Virus record (IMG/VR): IMGVR_UViG_3300034104_005580
Location: 8-64,007 of that record
Origin: a virus
Taxonomy: Duplodnaviria > Caudoviricetes
Length of the DNA stretch: 64,000 nucleotides
Reading direction: 5' to 3' (one strand)
Each line of letters opens with the position of its first letter. The first letter of the stretch is position 1. Both the position numbers and the translations under genes were made by a program. This document shows, piece after piece, positions 8,924 to 19,089 of this stretch. Below the pieces are notes generated by a model. It was not told the DNA's origin. It worked only from the letters and a program-made list of their open reading frames with translations, and did no database searches.

Positions 8924-9162
8924 GGGAGAACCACCGGGTGGTGGAGGCCATCGGGCTTCACCTTGCTCGGTGGGGCGTGAAGGTGGAGGAGTACCTGGAG
9001 GCTGGAAGGGTGGCGACCGCCCTGGCCGTGCTCCCCTCCCCCCTCCTGGCGATGCAGGTGGTGGAGGAGTTCAGGGGAGTCCCTGGCTCGGTGGCCGTGG
9101 TCGCGGAGATAGGGCCAGAGCCGAGCCGGGTGGTATTCTCGTGGTCATCCAGGAGGGGGTGA
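8920..9162 (+). CDS. Hypothetical protein
   Basis: GTGA overlap with the upstream stop. Confidence 0.45.
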   Translation: MRENHRVVEAIGLHLARWGVKVEEYLEAGRVATALAVLPSPLLAMQVVEEFRGVPGSVAVVAEIGPEPSRVVFSWSSRRG

Positions 9163-9263
9163 GCCAACCGCCCCGGGGAAAGGCCCCGAGCCAGCGAGCC
9201 GGGTAGGTGCGCGCTTGCCCTCTGACGGGTAGAGTACGCCCATCCCTTCCACGAGGCTCCCGG

Positions 9264-11765
9264 ATGCGCCTGCTCACGATGACCGCCGACTCCCCTCTGA
9301 TCCGGATCGGGCCCGCTCCTGCCTCTCGGCCCGGGGGCTTCGCCACCGTCCAGCAGAGGGACCGCAAGGTGATGCACCCCGCGTGGACGGAGTTCGGCTC
9401 GGCCTTCACGGGGGCCAACTACGCGGTCTCCGGAGACCCGATCCGGCAGCTCACCACGGACCAGCTCTTCCAGGTCTACCGGCGGACCCCGGATGTCCGC
9501 TCGGCCGTGGACTCGATCACCCGCCGGGTGGCCACCACGGACTGGGTGGTCCAGCCCGTGGAGGGGGCCTTCAACTCGGAGGACCGGAAGGCCCTGGACG
9601 AGGCGATGATCGCCTGCCGCGAGGCCACCCGGTGGTTCCGCGCCCCGATGAAGGGGAAGACGTGGCAGCAGTTCCTGACGATGGTGGTCCAGGACCTCCT
9701 GATCTACGACGCCACGGCCTGGGAGAAGGTGAAGGCCGGGAAGAAGCTGGACGAGCTGAACGTGAGCCGAGGGGATGACTGGTGGCCGGTCATCGATCCC
9801 CACGGCCTCGGCACCTCCATGGAGCAGCGGGTGAACGGGAAGGCCCAGAGCTTCCCCATGGAGGACGTGGTCTACCTCAACCTCTTCCCGAACACGACCA
9901 CCCCCCGGGGGATGCCCCTGATCGAGACGGTGGTGAACGAGGTGATCGCCATCCTTCGGGCGGCCGAGCGAGCCATGCTCACCATGGACGCCTCCGAGAT
10001 CCCGCCGGGCATCCTCTACCTCACCGGCATCGCCGGGAAGGCGGCGGAAGATACCGTCCAGAGCTTCGTGAGCGACAAGGGCCGGGATCACAAGATGCGC
10101 GTGCTCCACTTCCCGAACCCGGCGGCGGGCTCGGCCGAGTGGATCAGGCTGGACCACTCCCCGAAGGAGCTGGGGATGATCGAGGTGGTCGAGCAGGTGC
10201 GGCGCACGATCTGGCGCATCTTCGGAGTCTTCCCCGTGGAGATGGGGGCCACCGATGGGATGCCCCGGGCCACGGCGGAGGTGCAGATGGACGCCGCCGC
10301 CTCCCACCTCCTCACCCCGATCCTGGAGCTTCTCCAGGAGGTGATCACCACCCAGGTCCTCCCCCTCGTGGTGGACGAGAAGTGGCTGGGGCTCGTGGAG
10401 TTCTCCTTCGACTACTCCCGGGACCTCACGCCCGCCGAGGAGAAGACCCTGGCCGAGAAGGACAAGGTGCTGGTGGACACCGGCATCCTCTCCAGGAACG
10501 AGGTGCGGACCTCGCGGGGCTACGATCCGGTGGACGATGGGGACGTGATCACGGTCTCCGGTACCGCCACCACCCTGGCCCAGATCGTGGACCCGCCCCC
10601 GCCACCGCCCCCGCCCACCCCCCCGGGTGCGGAGCCGAAGGATGGGGAGGGGGAGGACCCGAAGAAGGACCCGCCCGATGGGGAGGACCCGGAGGGTGGA
10701 GATGCCGCCCCTGGAGAGACCGATGGGAAGGGCGACGGGGCCGCCGATGGGGAAGCCGCGCCTGGAGAGGCCGAGGCCGAGGCGAAGAAGGGGATCACCC
10801 GGCTCCCGGCTCACCGTCACGATAGGGCGTGCTTCCACGAGGGCGAGGCCCGTGGCCTCCCCGATCCCGACTCCCTCCCCTCGGACTGGCAACCGGCCGG
10901 GCGCTTCCGTGGGAAGCGGGTGGTGGACCTCTCCGAGCTGGGAGGGGTCGTCTCCAGGTACCAGAGCACCGTCCTCCCCCTCTGGGAGGAGGCCATGACC
11001 GGCTTCCAGGCCAAGCTCCGGGCGGCCTACGGGGACTCCAAGATCACCCCCCAGGAGTCCGCCGCCCTCGCGGGCGACCTCGCCCACGCCCTCCACCGGC
11101 TCTCCACCTCCTGGGACGTGGAGACCGAACCGCTCTACCGGGACGCGGCGAACCTCGGAGACCTCGCCGCCGAGAAGTTCACCGGCGGGAAGGGGAGCAC
11201 CTCGGCCTCCGAGCGTGGGGACCGCTACGCCTCCCTGGCGATGGCCTACCTCACTGGGACCGACGGGCCCCTGGAGAATGTGAGGCACCGCATCCTGGCC
11301 ATCCTCGGAGCCGTGAGCCGATCCCGGACGCTGGGGGCTCGCGCGGCCACCACGGTCCCGGATGGGGTGGCGCCTGGGATGGAGCTGGAGGCCCTTCTGG
11401 CCGCCACGGCTCACGCCTGGAGCCGGAACGAGCACCGGATCGCCAACTGGGGCGGGAAGCTCGTGGAGCTGGCGAACGAGGCGATGCGGGACGGGATGAC
11501 CGAGGTGAACCTGGACAAGAAGACCGGGGAGCGTGCGGACTGGATGGTGGAGTGGGTGAACGTGGGAGACGATCACGTCTGCCGCACCTGCACCGACCTC
11601 GGCACCCGTGGCTTCGTGGACCTCCGGACCCTCCCCACGATCCCCGGTGGGAACACCGAGTGCGGGGCCCGTGATCGGTGCGTCCTGGTCTACTGGACGA
11701 AGGGCGAGGTGGCCGATGGCTCGGCAGCTCTCCTCGGCGGTGGGAACACCGGGAAGCCTCTCTAA
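9264..11765 (+). CDS. Portal protein fused to a C-terminal MuF/gp7-like head morphogenesis domain
   Basis: Portal-like N-terminal part (GMPLIE, IWRIFGVFPVEMG, GILSRNEVR..GYDP), Pro/acidic linker, then EWVNVGDDHVCRTC...ECGARDRC. Confidence 0.85.
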   Translation: MRLLTMTADSPLIRIGPAPASRPGGFATVQQRDRKVMHPAWTEFGSAFTGANYAVSGDPIRQLTTDQLFQVYRRTPDVRSAVDSITRRVATTDWVVQPVEGAFNSEDRKALDEAMIACREATRWFRAPMKGKTWQQFLTMVVQDLLIYDATAWEKVKAGKKLDELNVSRGDDWWPVIDPHGLGTSMEQRVNGKAQSFPMEDVVYLNLFPNTTTPRGMPLIETVVNEVIAILRAAERAMLTMDASEIPPGILYLTGIAGKAAEDTVQSFVSDKGRDHKMRVLHFPNPAAGSAEWIRLDHSPKELGMIEVVEQVRRTIWRIFGVFPVEMGATDGMPRATAEVQMDAAASHLLTPILELLQEVITTQVLPLVVDEKWLGLVEFSFDYSRDLTPAEEKTLAEKDKVLVDTGILSRNEVRTSRGYDPVDDGDVITVSGTATTLAQIVDPPPPPPPPTPPGAEPKDGEGEDPKKDPPDGEDPEGGDAAPGETDGKGDGAADGEAAPGEAEAEAKKGITRLPAHRHDRACFHEGEARGLPDPDSLPSDWQPAGRFRGKRVVDLSELGGVVSRYQSTVLPLWEEAMTGFQAKLRAAYGDSKITPQESAALAGDLAHALHRLSTSWDVETEPLYRDAANLGDLAAEKFTGGKGSTSASERGDRYASLAMAYLTGTDGPLENVRHRILAILGAVSRSRTLGARAATTVPDGVAPGMELEALLAATAHAWSRNEHRIANWGGKLVELANEAMRDGMTEVNLDKKTGERADWMVEWVNVGDDHVCRTCTDLGTRGFVDLRTLPTIPGGNTECGARDRCVLVYWTKGEVADGSAALLGGGNTGKPL

Positions 11766-11849
11766 GGGGTACCCTCTCCCGGGTTAGCCGGAAGCTGGCT
11801 CTGGACGAATACCGGGGCCACGGTCTATAAGCGGGTGGAGGCTCCACCC

Positions 11850-13379
11850 ATGCACGTCCGAACCGCCCCCGGCAAGCAGATCACCCTGGAGGGTGACGAG
11901 GCTCTCGTTCTGGACCTGGAGCTGGAGCGCACCGAGCCGGATGGCCGGAAGGTCTACCGGATGAAGGGCGTGGCTCACGCCCAGAGGGGCGTGCTCCCCG
12001 GGCTTCCGGCCCAGCTCTTCGCCCCCTTCTCGTTCCGGTCCCTCCCCCCGCCCACCCCGGAGGGGGAAGCTCCCTCCGAGCGGGCGAAGGGCTCGGACGG
12101 GGCGGTGGAGGGCATCGCCTCTTCGACCTCGGTGGACTGGTACGGCACGGAGATGGACCGGGACGCCCTCGACGGGATGGCCCTCCAGTTCACCACCGGC
12201 GTCTCCCTCACCCCCCGCCACAACGGGTGGTTCGATCCCGTGGAGTGGGACGAGGTGATCGGGATCACGGAGGAGGGGCTGGTCAAGGCCGCCTCCGTGG
12301 AGGCTCCCGCCGATGGTGGGGAGCAGGGCTACGTCCTCTCCATCCGGGCCAAGCTCTTCCCCGAAGAGGAGAAGGCGATGGCTCTCCAGCGCCGTCTCTC
12401 GGCGGGCCAGCCCATCGGTCTCTCCATCGGTGGATGGTTCACGGACGTTCGGTTCATCAGCAACGAGGAGGGCGAGGTGGAGCGGGTGATCATCCTCTCC
12501 GTCAAGCTCGATCACCTCGCGGTCACCCGTGCCCCCGCGAACCCCGACTCCATGGGCTTGAAGCTCATGCGCTCCATGGGCACGGCGGCCGTGAAGGCCC
12601 TCCGGGTGGCCTCCACCACCCCGCTCGTGCTGGACGATGCCCGGGCTCACGCCCCGGCGGTCCAGCCGACCGAGCCTCCCGAGACCCGTGCGGCTCCGGT
12701 GGCCCCCCCGGCTTCCATCGTGGAGCCCGTGATCACCGAGCCGTCCGCCGAAGAGCGAGCCGTCGAGCCCGCTTCCCCGGTCACGGGTAAGCCGTCCGCG
12801 AATGTTGCGCCGCTGGCTTCGCCGGATGATTCTACGACCACGCGGAGCGAAGAAGCTCCCTCCACCCCCACCGAGGAAGACTCCATGACCCCCGAAGCCC
12901 TCCGCGCTCTCCTGGCCGAAGCCCTGACCCCGATCACCGCCCGGCTCGACGCCGTGGAAGCGGCTCGCTCCGCCGCCCCGGCTCCCGCCGCCGCGCCGGT
13001 CGCGACCCCCGCGCCCGCTCCGGTGGCCGTGGACCGCACCGCTCTCCTGGAGGCCGAGGTCTCCACGCTCCGTGCCCGGGTGGCGGACCTCGCCGGTCGC
13101 CCGACCCAGGGCCGTCGGGCCATGGTCCCGGACCACGCCTACCGCACCGGGGACGGCGAGGGCTCGGAGTTCCGCTCCATGGTCCAGCTCGCCCGCACCG
13201 AGGGGAAGGCCGTGGCCATCGCCTCGGTCTCCGAACGCCACGCCAAGGCCCTCACCGCCGACCGCTACGACGGGACGATCACCCGCTCCCACCTGGAGTC
13301 CTGCCTGCGGGACATGATCCAGGGCGCGATCAGCGACGGGATCATCCGGGACCCCTCCGAAGATGCGGCCTGGGGGTAG
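11850..13379 (+). CDS. Prohead protease with scaffold-like C-terminus
   Basis: EGIASSTSVD, GLSIGG and AVTRAPANP (HK97-type protease); Ala/Pro linker and coiled-coil tail. Confidence 0.85.
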   Translation: MHVRTAPGKQITLEGDEALVLDLELERTEPDGRKVYRMKGVAHAQRGVLPGLPAQLFAPFSFRSLPPPTPEGEAPSERAKGSDGAVEGIASSTSVDWYGTEMDRDALDGMALQFTTGVSLTPRHNGWFDPVEWDEVIGITEEGLVKAASVEAPADGGEQGYVLSIRAKLFPEEEKAMALQRRLSAGQPIGLSIGGWFTDVRFISNEEGEVERVIILSVKLDHLAVTRAPANPDSMGLKLMRSMGTAAVKALRVASTTPLVLDDARAHAPAVQPTEPPETRAAPVAPPASIVEPVITEPSAEERAVEPASPVTGKPSANVAPLASPDDSTTTRSEEAPSTPTEEDSMTPEALRALLAEALTPITARLDAVEAARSAAPAPAAAPVATPAPAPVAVDRTALLEAEVSTLRARVADLAGRPTQGRRAMVPDHAYRTGDGEGSEFRSMVQLARTEGKAVAIASVSERHAKALTADRYDGTITRSHLESCLRDMIQGAISDGIIRDPSEDAAWG

Positions 13380-13454
13380 CACCCGCTCGCGGGTAGCTCC
13401 CCTCTCCACCCCCCCTCCACCACCACCGTTCCGCCCACCTCCGAGGACTTCACG

Positions 13455-14453
13455 ATGAACCCCCACGCCGCCGAATGGCTCGGCAAGTTCGACCCCGAGC
13501 GCCGCGCCTACCTGGAGCGGGCCCTGACCGTGAGCAACGTCGGGTCCGTCCTCCTCCAGACCAACATCCGGAAGGTCGTGGAGATGCTCACGCTCCGCGA
13601 GTTCGGAGCCCAGGCCGTCCTCGCCCGCAAGCAGGGCTCCGGGGACAAGGCATACGTGAACCGCCGCACGGCGGGTACCACGGGTGCCGAGTGGGTGGAC
13701 GACACCGACTCCGGGACCGACGAGACCGGGAGCTACGCGCAGGCCAACTTCGCGTTCAAGACCCTCCTGACGAAGATGTCGGTGACCCGCCGGGCCATCG
13801 CCCAGGGCCGCTCCTACGGGGACGTGCTCGGTGGTGAGCTGGTCGGGAAGTCCGAGGACTTCGCCGCCGCCCTGGAGTCCGCCATCTTCACGGGTGACAA
13901 CGCCGCGAACACGAAGCAGATCAGCGGCCTCCTCACCCTCGTCACCAACGCCTCCGGGCAGACCATCGCCAACACCTCGGCGGCGGCCGGTGACGACCTC
14001 GTGCTCTCCAAGCTGGACGAGGCCATCGACTCCGTGAAGGGCTCGGCGGCTCGTGGGGACCTCGTGATCTTCGGCACCTTCGCCGGGATGCGGAAGCTCA
14101 ACGCCGCCCTCCAGGCGCAGCAGCAGTTCATCGGGAAGACCGTGGTGGGAGCTGGCTTCCGGGTCGCCACCTACGACGACATTCCGATGGTCACCACCAC
14201 CGGCTTCGGGAACGACCTCGGCTGGAACGGGACCCGGCTCCTGAAGAACACCGGCGAGGTGAGCAATCCCACCACGGCCCTCGTGGTGGTCAACACCCGC
14301 TACGTGTACCTGGAGGAGCTGACCCCCCTGACCGTGATGCCGCTCGCGCGGTCCACGAGCCAGAACGAGGCTCTGGAGATGTTCTGGGATGGCGTGCTCG
14401 CCCTGGCCAACACCAAGGGCGCGGCCATCCTCGGCGGGCTCACCGCCTCCTGA
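13455..14453 (+). CDS. Major capsid protein (HK97 fold)
   Basis: 332 aa, directly after the protease; LESAIFTGD...ISGL; strongly biased codons; terminator follows. Confidence 0.85.
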   Translation: MNPHAAEWLGKFDPERRAYLERALTVSNVGSVLLQTNIRKVVEMLTLREFGAQAVLARKQGSGDKAYVNRRTAGTTGAEWVDDTDSGTDETGSYAQANFAFKTLLTKMSVTRRAIAQGRSYGDVLGGELVGKSEDFAAALESAIFTGDNAANTKQISGLLTLVTNASGQTIANTSAAAGDDLVLSKLDEAIDSVKGSAARGDLVIFGTFAGMRKLNAALQAQQQFIGKTVVGAGFRVATYDDIPMVTTTGFGNDLGWNGTRLLKNTGEVSNPTTALVVVNTRYVYLEELTPLTVMPLARSTSQNEALEMFWDGVLALANTKGAAILGGLTAS

Positions 14454-14475
14454 TCCGGGTGGTCCCTGGGACCGG

Positions 14476-14520
14476 GTGGCCCGGCTCTTCCTTCGGGGGG
14501 AGCCGGGCCGCTTCCGTTTT
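14476..14520 (+). terminator. Intrinsic terminator after the capsid gene
   Basis: GGCCCGGCTCTTCC-TTCG-GGGGGAGCCGGGCC followed by a T-rich tail. Confidence 0.75.
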
Positions 14521-14602
14521 GGCTCACGTCTGGACGAGTGGCCCTGGGATGGGTTACCATCGGAGCGAGCTTCTGCACTAACCCCCCCCCGGAGGTGCCT
14601 CC

Positions 14603-15124
14603 ATGGCCCGGATCGAACGACTCCCAGACCCGACCAAGTGGCGTTTCGTCCTGGTCCACCGTGTGATCCGCCATGGCTTCTCCCTCCATGTGTCAAACTC
14701 CAGGGGGACGGCTCGCTCCTTCCTCTCCCTCCACCACGGCGAGGCCAAGCCCACGCTCTGCCTCTCTGACCCCTACCTCCGAGACCGACTCCTTCGGCTC
14801 GGTGGGTGGCAGGAGGTGACCGCCGACGTGGGCCCTCACACCCCGAAGTGCTGGGACGAGGACCGGGCCGCCTGGAAGCTCGACCCCGAAGGCTTCCTCC
14901 CCTGGGAGCGCAAGCCCGGGGAGAAGCTCGCCCCCCTTCCCACGTCCGAGGCCGCACCCACGGGGGAAGAGGTGGTGATCGAGGGGGCCAGCCTCCCGGC
15001 ACCGGCGAGGCGTGAGCCCCGTGGAGCCGCCGCCGCCTCGGCCGAGAAGAAGGAGCCGAAGGTCTCTCCCGCCCCCTCTGGGGGTAAGCCCGGCTCCGGT
15101 CCCACCCCTCGCCCTCGCGGGTGA
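14603..15124 (+). CDS. Hypothetical protein
   Basis: GGAGGT RBS; ORF with a low-complexity tail. Confidence 0.6.
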   Translation: MARIERLPDPTKWRFVLVHRVIRHGFSLHVSNSRGTARSFLSLHHGEAKPTLCLSDPYLRDRLLRLGGWQEVTADVGPHTPKCWDEDRAAWKLDPEGFLPWERKPGEKLAPLPTSEAAPTGEEVVIEGASLPAPARREPRGAAAASAEKKEPKVSPAPSGGKPGSGPTPRPRG

Positions 15125-15150
15125 TAGCGTAGAAGCTGGAGGCTCACCTA

Positions 15151-15729
15151 ATGTCGATGGCAGCAGCGATCACCGCCGCCCGGGTGAAGTCCTACCTGGG
15201 ACTGCCCGCCGGGCTCACCCAGCACGACACCTTCCTGGACTACCTTTGCCAGAGTGCCACGGAATACGTGGCGACTCGGCTTGGCCTCTCTTCCGGGCTC
15301 ACGGTCTTCTCCTACTCGGAGACCCTGGACGTGGAGGACAACGGCTGCGACCGGCTTCGGCTCTCGGCCTACCCGGTGGTCTCGGTGACCGCCCTCTCCG
15401 ATGACGGGAGCGCCCTGGACTCGGAGGACTTCTACCTCCATCGGTCGGCTCGGTGGGTGATCCTCTCCGGGTCCGGTGCCTACTTCTCCCAGGGGAAGCG
15501 GAAGGTGGTGGCGACCTACACGGCGGGATGGTCCACCGTGCCCGCCCCGGTGCTCCACGCCCTCACCCTCACGGCGGCCTTCCACTTCAACCACGCACCG
15601 AAGGAGGGGATCGACTCGGAGCGGATCGGGGCCTACTCCATCGCCCTGGCGAAGGGAGAGACCCAGCCTCTCCCGATGACCGCCGAGGTCCTCCTGGCCG
15701 AGCACTTCTCCCCCGTCACGTCGAGGTAG
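15151..15729 (+). CDS. Head-tail connector/adaptor (gp6/gp15-like)
   Basis: VKSYLG, YPVVSVT, TYTAGW..VPA, SERIGAYS. Confidence 0.85.
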   Translation: MSMAAAITAARVKSYLGLPAGLTQHDTFLDYLCQSATEYVATRLGLSSGLTVFSYSETLDVEDNGCDRLRLSAYPVVSVTALSDDGSALDSEDFYLHRSARWVILSGSGAYFSQGKRKVVATYTAGWSTVPAPVLHALTLTAAFHFNHAPKEGIDSERIGAYSIALAKGETQPLPMTAEVLLAEHFSPVTSR

Positions 15730-15732
15730 ACC

Positions 15733-16077
15733 ATGACCCTCTCCCGCACCTTCCCCGCCGGGGTCCCCATCCCCGCCTCCATCCACTGCCCGGATGAGGT
15801 GGTGAGGCTCGCCCGCGAGGGGCGCACGGCCACGGCCACCCCCCTCCGGCGAAGCTCCCAGGTCGCCCTCCAACGCCAGGGCTTCAAGGTCCAGGCCGAG
15901 GTGCCCGAGCTGGACCCCGAGAAGGCCGGGGACGTGAAGCCCGGGGACGTGACCGATCCGGTGGCCTACCAGGAGGCCCTGGCGTCTGGGGCGATCACCG
16001 AGGCCCCGAAGGCCGAGGTGGAGAAGGCCCTGGAGACCGGCAAGCCGAAGAGCAAGGCCACCACCCGGAAGAAGTAG
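15733..16077 (+). CDS. Hypothetical protein
   Basis: ORF within the operon. Confidence 0.6.
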   Translation: MTLSRTFPAGVPIPASIHCPDEVVRLAREGRTATATPLRRSSQVALQRQGFKVQAEVPELDPEKAGDVKPGDVTDPVAYQEALASGAITEAPKAEVEKALETGKPKSKATTRKK

Positions 16078-17874
16078 GTGAGCACCACCCTGGAGAAGGA
16101 CTACGCGCCCGGTCGCCCGCCCGTGAGGATCAGGCTGGCGGGTGAGCCCGTGGAGGTGAAGGTCTCCGAGGTGACCCCCTCCGTGGGCTCGGTCACGGTC
16201 ACCCTGGATGCCTCGATCACCACCCTCCGGGGGCTCGGCTTCTCGGTGGTGGGGCAGACCCCCGCTCCGAGTGGGGCGAAGGTCTACCGGGGCACCTGGA
16301 GTGGAGCCGCCTCCTACCTCGTGGACGACGTGGTGAAGGCTCCGAACGGGAAGAGCTACAAAGCCACCACGGCGAACCAGAACACCCAGCCTCCGGGAGC
16401 CAACTGGAGCGAGGTGACCGTGGCTTCCGATCTGGCCTCCACCACGATCCTCTCCGGGACCGGGGTGCCAGCCTCCTCCCTGGGGGAGGACGGGGTCTAC
16501 TTCCTGGACACCCAGGGTGGGAGGCTCTACGGCCCGAAGGCCGCCGGGGCATGGGGCAGCGGCTACTCCTTCGGGGCCGGTGGGAACACACTCCTGAACG
16601 GAGCCGGTGCCCCTGGGAACGGGCTCGGCGCGGACGGGGACTTCTACATCGACACCGGAGCGACCGCGATCTATGGCCCGAAGGCGGCCGGAGCGTGGGG
16701 TGGCTCCACCTCCCTCGTGGGGCCCCAGGGCTCCCAGGGCTCCCAGGGCTCCCAGGGCTCCCAGGGGAACCAGGGGAACCAGGGGACCGCCGGGGTGGAT
16801 GGGAAGACCGTCCGCTCTGGAAGTGGGGCTCCAGCCGGTGGCGTGGGGGTGGACGGGGACTTCTACATCGACACCACGGCCTGGACGATCTACGGCCCGA
16901 AGGCCGCCGGTGCCTGGGGGAACCCCACCTCCATCGTGGGAGCCCAGGGGGCCCAGGGGAACCAGGGAGCCACCGGGGCCACCGGCTCGGCCTCGGTCTA
17001 CGGCTCTGGAGTGGACGGCAACCTCGCCTTCGACGGGCAGGCGACCATCCTCGGCATGGTTCCATCCGGCAACGTCTACACGATGACCCGGGACATCTAC
17101 GCCCAGGACCTCTCGTTTAGCTCTGGGGTCACGGTGAAGACCGGAGGCTTCATCCCCTTCGTGAAGGGGACCCTGACCTTCGCGGACTCCACTTGCGGCT
17201 TCTCGTGGTCGGGAAACTCCGCGAGCGGCCTGACCGCTGGCACCGCCTTCTCCCTCGTGGGCTCCCTGGCGGTGACGACCCAGGCGGGTGGAGCTGGAAG
17301 GAATACCACCGGCAACGGCACCGCCCCGGGTGCCCTGGCCTCCTCCGTGCCTCTCGTGAAGGGAGGGGCGGGTGGAAATGCCGATGGGGCGAACAAGGGC
17401 GGCGTGCCTTCCACGCCCACGGCTCCCATCGCCAACTGGGGCGGGTGGCAAGCCCTGGACTGGGTGCTCCGTCGGTGCCGCTTCCAGAACGGCACCTCCT
17501 TCACCGTGGGAAACTACGGGTGCGGCGGCACGGGTGGAGGGACCAACGTGGGGACCGGGACCGCCACCTCCGGCGGTGGTGGAGCGGGTGGCCCCCTCGT
17601 GGTCGTCTTCGCCCGCTACGTGGTGAGCACCACCGGGAGCGGGCAGATCATCGCCGGTGGTGGAAAGGGGGCGAACGCCGCCGCCACCGGGAACGGGCTT
17701 GCGGGTGGTGGTGGTGGGGGCTCCGGTGGAGTGGCGGTCCTCGTGACCAGCACGCCGAGCCCGGTGGTGACCCTCTCGGCCCCAGGCGGGTCTGGGGGGA
17801 CGGCGGCGGGTGGTGGCACGGCTACGGCCGGAGCGACCGGGGTGAATGGGGCCACCCTCCTCCTCGCCGCCTGA
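16078..17874 (+). CDS. Collagen-like, Gly-rich fibre protein with a CBM5/12-like module
   Basis: W...SY.VDDVV...GKSYKA module; three GxDGDFYIDT...YGPKAAGAWG-type repeats; Gly-X-Y triplets; Gly-rich C-terminus. Confidence 0.75.
   Translation: MSTTLEKDYAPGRPPVRIRLAGEPVEVKVSEVTPSVGSVTVTLDASITTLRGLGFSVVGQTPAPSGAKVYRGTWSGAASYLVDDVVKAPNGKSYKATTANQNTQPPGANWSEVTVASDLASTTILSGTGVPASSLGEDGVYFLDTQGGRLYGPKAAGAWGSGYSFGAGGNTLLNGAGAPGNGLGADGDFYIDTGATAIYGPKAAGAWGGSTSLVGPQGSQGSQGSQGSQGNQGNQGTAGVDGKTVRSGSGAPAGGVGVDGDFYIDTTAWTIYGPKAAGAWGNPTSIVGAQGAQGNQGATGATGSASVYGSGVDGNLAFDGQATILGMVPSGNVYTMTRDIYAQDLSFSSGVTVKTGGFIPFVKGTLTFADSTCGFSWSGNSASGLTAGTAFSLVGSLAVTTQAGGAGRNTTGNGTAPGALASSVPLVKGGAGGNADGANKGGVPSTPTAPIANWGGWQALDWVLRRCRFQNGTSFTVGNYGCGGTGGGTNVGTGTATSGGGGAGGPLVVVFARYVVSTTGSGQIIAGGGKGANAAATGNGLAGGGGGGSGGVAVLVTSTPSPVVTLSAPGGSGGTAAGGGTATAGATGVNGATLLLAA
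16721..16790 (+). repeat. 9-bp tandem repeat (collagen GSQ/GNQ)
   Basis: (GGCTCCCAG)x4 then (GGGAACCAG)x2. Confidence 0.9.
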
Positions 17875-17948
17875 TTACCTCGCGACGGTGAAGGAGCCGG
17901 GCTATACCAGCTCGGTCAGCTCGGCCCTTCTTCCTCGGAGTTACCCCC

Positions 17949-19070
17949 ATGCGCGTTCTCGTCACCGGCGGAGCCGGCTTCATCGGCTCCCACCTCGTGG
18001 ACCTCCTTCTCCAGCACGGCCACGAGGTGGTGGTGCTCGACAACCTGGACCCCCAGGTCCACGGGGAGGAGCGGGCGTGGCCCTCCTACATGCCGCCCGA
18101 GGGCCCCCACCTGACCCTCCTGGAAGGGGACGTGCGGGAGGCCACCGACCTCCGTGGGGCGATCCGGATGCTCGGCGGGGTGGATGCCGTGGCCCACCTC
18201 GCGGCGAAGGTGGGGGTGGGTCAGGGGCAGTACCAGATCGCCCCCTACTATGACGTGAACGTGCAGGGCACGGCGGTCCTCCTCCAGGAGCTGGCGAAGA
18301 TGGATCACGCCTTCCCCCGGCTCTTCGTGGCCGGGTCGATGTCCAGCTACGGGGAGGGGGCCTACGTTCGCCAGGGCGAGCGCGTGCGGCCTCACGAGCG
18401 CCCCGCCCTTCCGGCGGAGTGGGAGGCGGACGGGGAGTGGGACTTCCCTGGCTTCCTCCCCGTGGGCGTGGAGGAGACGGACGAGCTTCGGCCCGCCAGC
18501 TTCTACGCCTCCACGAAGGCCGAGCAGGAGAGGATGGCCCTGATCTTCGGGGACACCTACGGGGCCCAGGTGGCGGTGGGTCGCCTCTTCAACGTGTACG
18601 GCCCCCGGCAGGCCCTGGGGAACCCCTACACGGGCGTCTGCGCGATCTTCGGGAACCGGCTCCTGGCCGGGGAGAGCCCCCTGATCTACGAGGACGGGAA
18701 CCAGACCCGGGACTTCACCTTCGTCTCGGATACCGCCTCCGCCATCTTCGCCCTTCTTTCCCACCCGGAGGCCCGGGGGGTCTACAACGTGGGGACCGGG
18801 CGGCCGATCTCGGTGCGGCAGGTGGCGGAGGGGCTCGCCCTCGCCCTCGGCAAGGACATCCCTCCCACCCTGGCGAAGAAGGCTCGCTCCGGGGACGTGC
18901 GGCATTGCTTCTCCGACTCCTCCCGGCTCCACGGCCTGGGGTGGGTGCCCCAGGTGAGCCTCCGGGACGGGCTCGTGAAGCTCACCGACTGGATGAAGGA
19001 TCAGACCGCCACCGTGGGAGCCCAGGCGTTGGCTCACCTGGAGATGGAAGGTCGCGGACTTGTGAGGTAG
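17949..19070 (+). CDS. NAD-dependent NDP-sugar epimerase/dehydratase (extended SDR)
   Basis: TGGAGFIG, YASTK (YxxxK), RLFNVYGP, RDF. Confidence 0.93.
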   Translation: MRVLVTGGAGFIGSHLVDLLLQHGHEVVVLDNLDPQVHGEERAWPSYMPPEGPHLTLLEGDVREATDLRGAIRMLGGVDAVAHLAAKVGVGQGQYQIAPYYDVNVQGTAVLLQELAKMDHAFPRLFVAGSMSSYGEGAYVRQGERVRPHERPALPAEWEADGEWDFPGFLPVGVEETDELRPASFYASTKAEQERMALIFGDTYGAQVAVGRLFNVYGPRQALGNPYTGVCAIFGNRLLAGESPLIYEDGNQTRDFTFVSDTASAIFALLSHPEARGVYNVGTGRPISVRQVAEGLALALGKDIPPTLAKKARSGDVRHCFSDSSRLHGLGWVPQVSLRDGLVKLTDWMKDQTATVGAQALAHLEMEGRGLVR

Positions 19071-19089
19071 GCTCTCCGCGAGGTGCCCT

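Noticed and set aside
16480-16930. Repeated DNA in the fibre gene as a DGR template/variable pair
   Set aside because: No reverse transcriptase in the window; the repeats are in-frame protein repeats without adenine-specific differences
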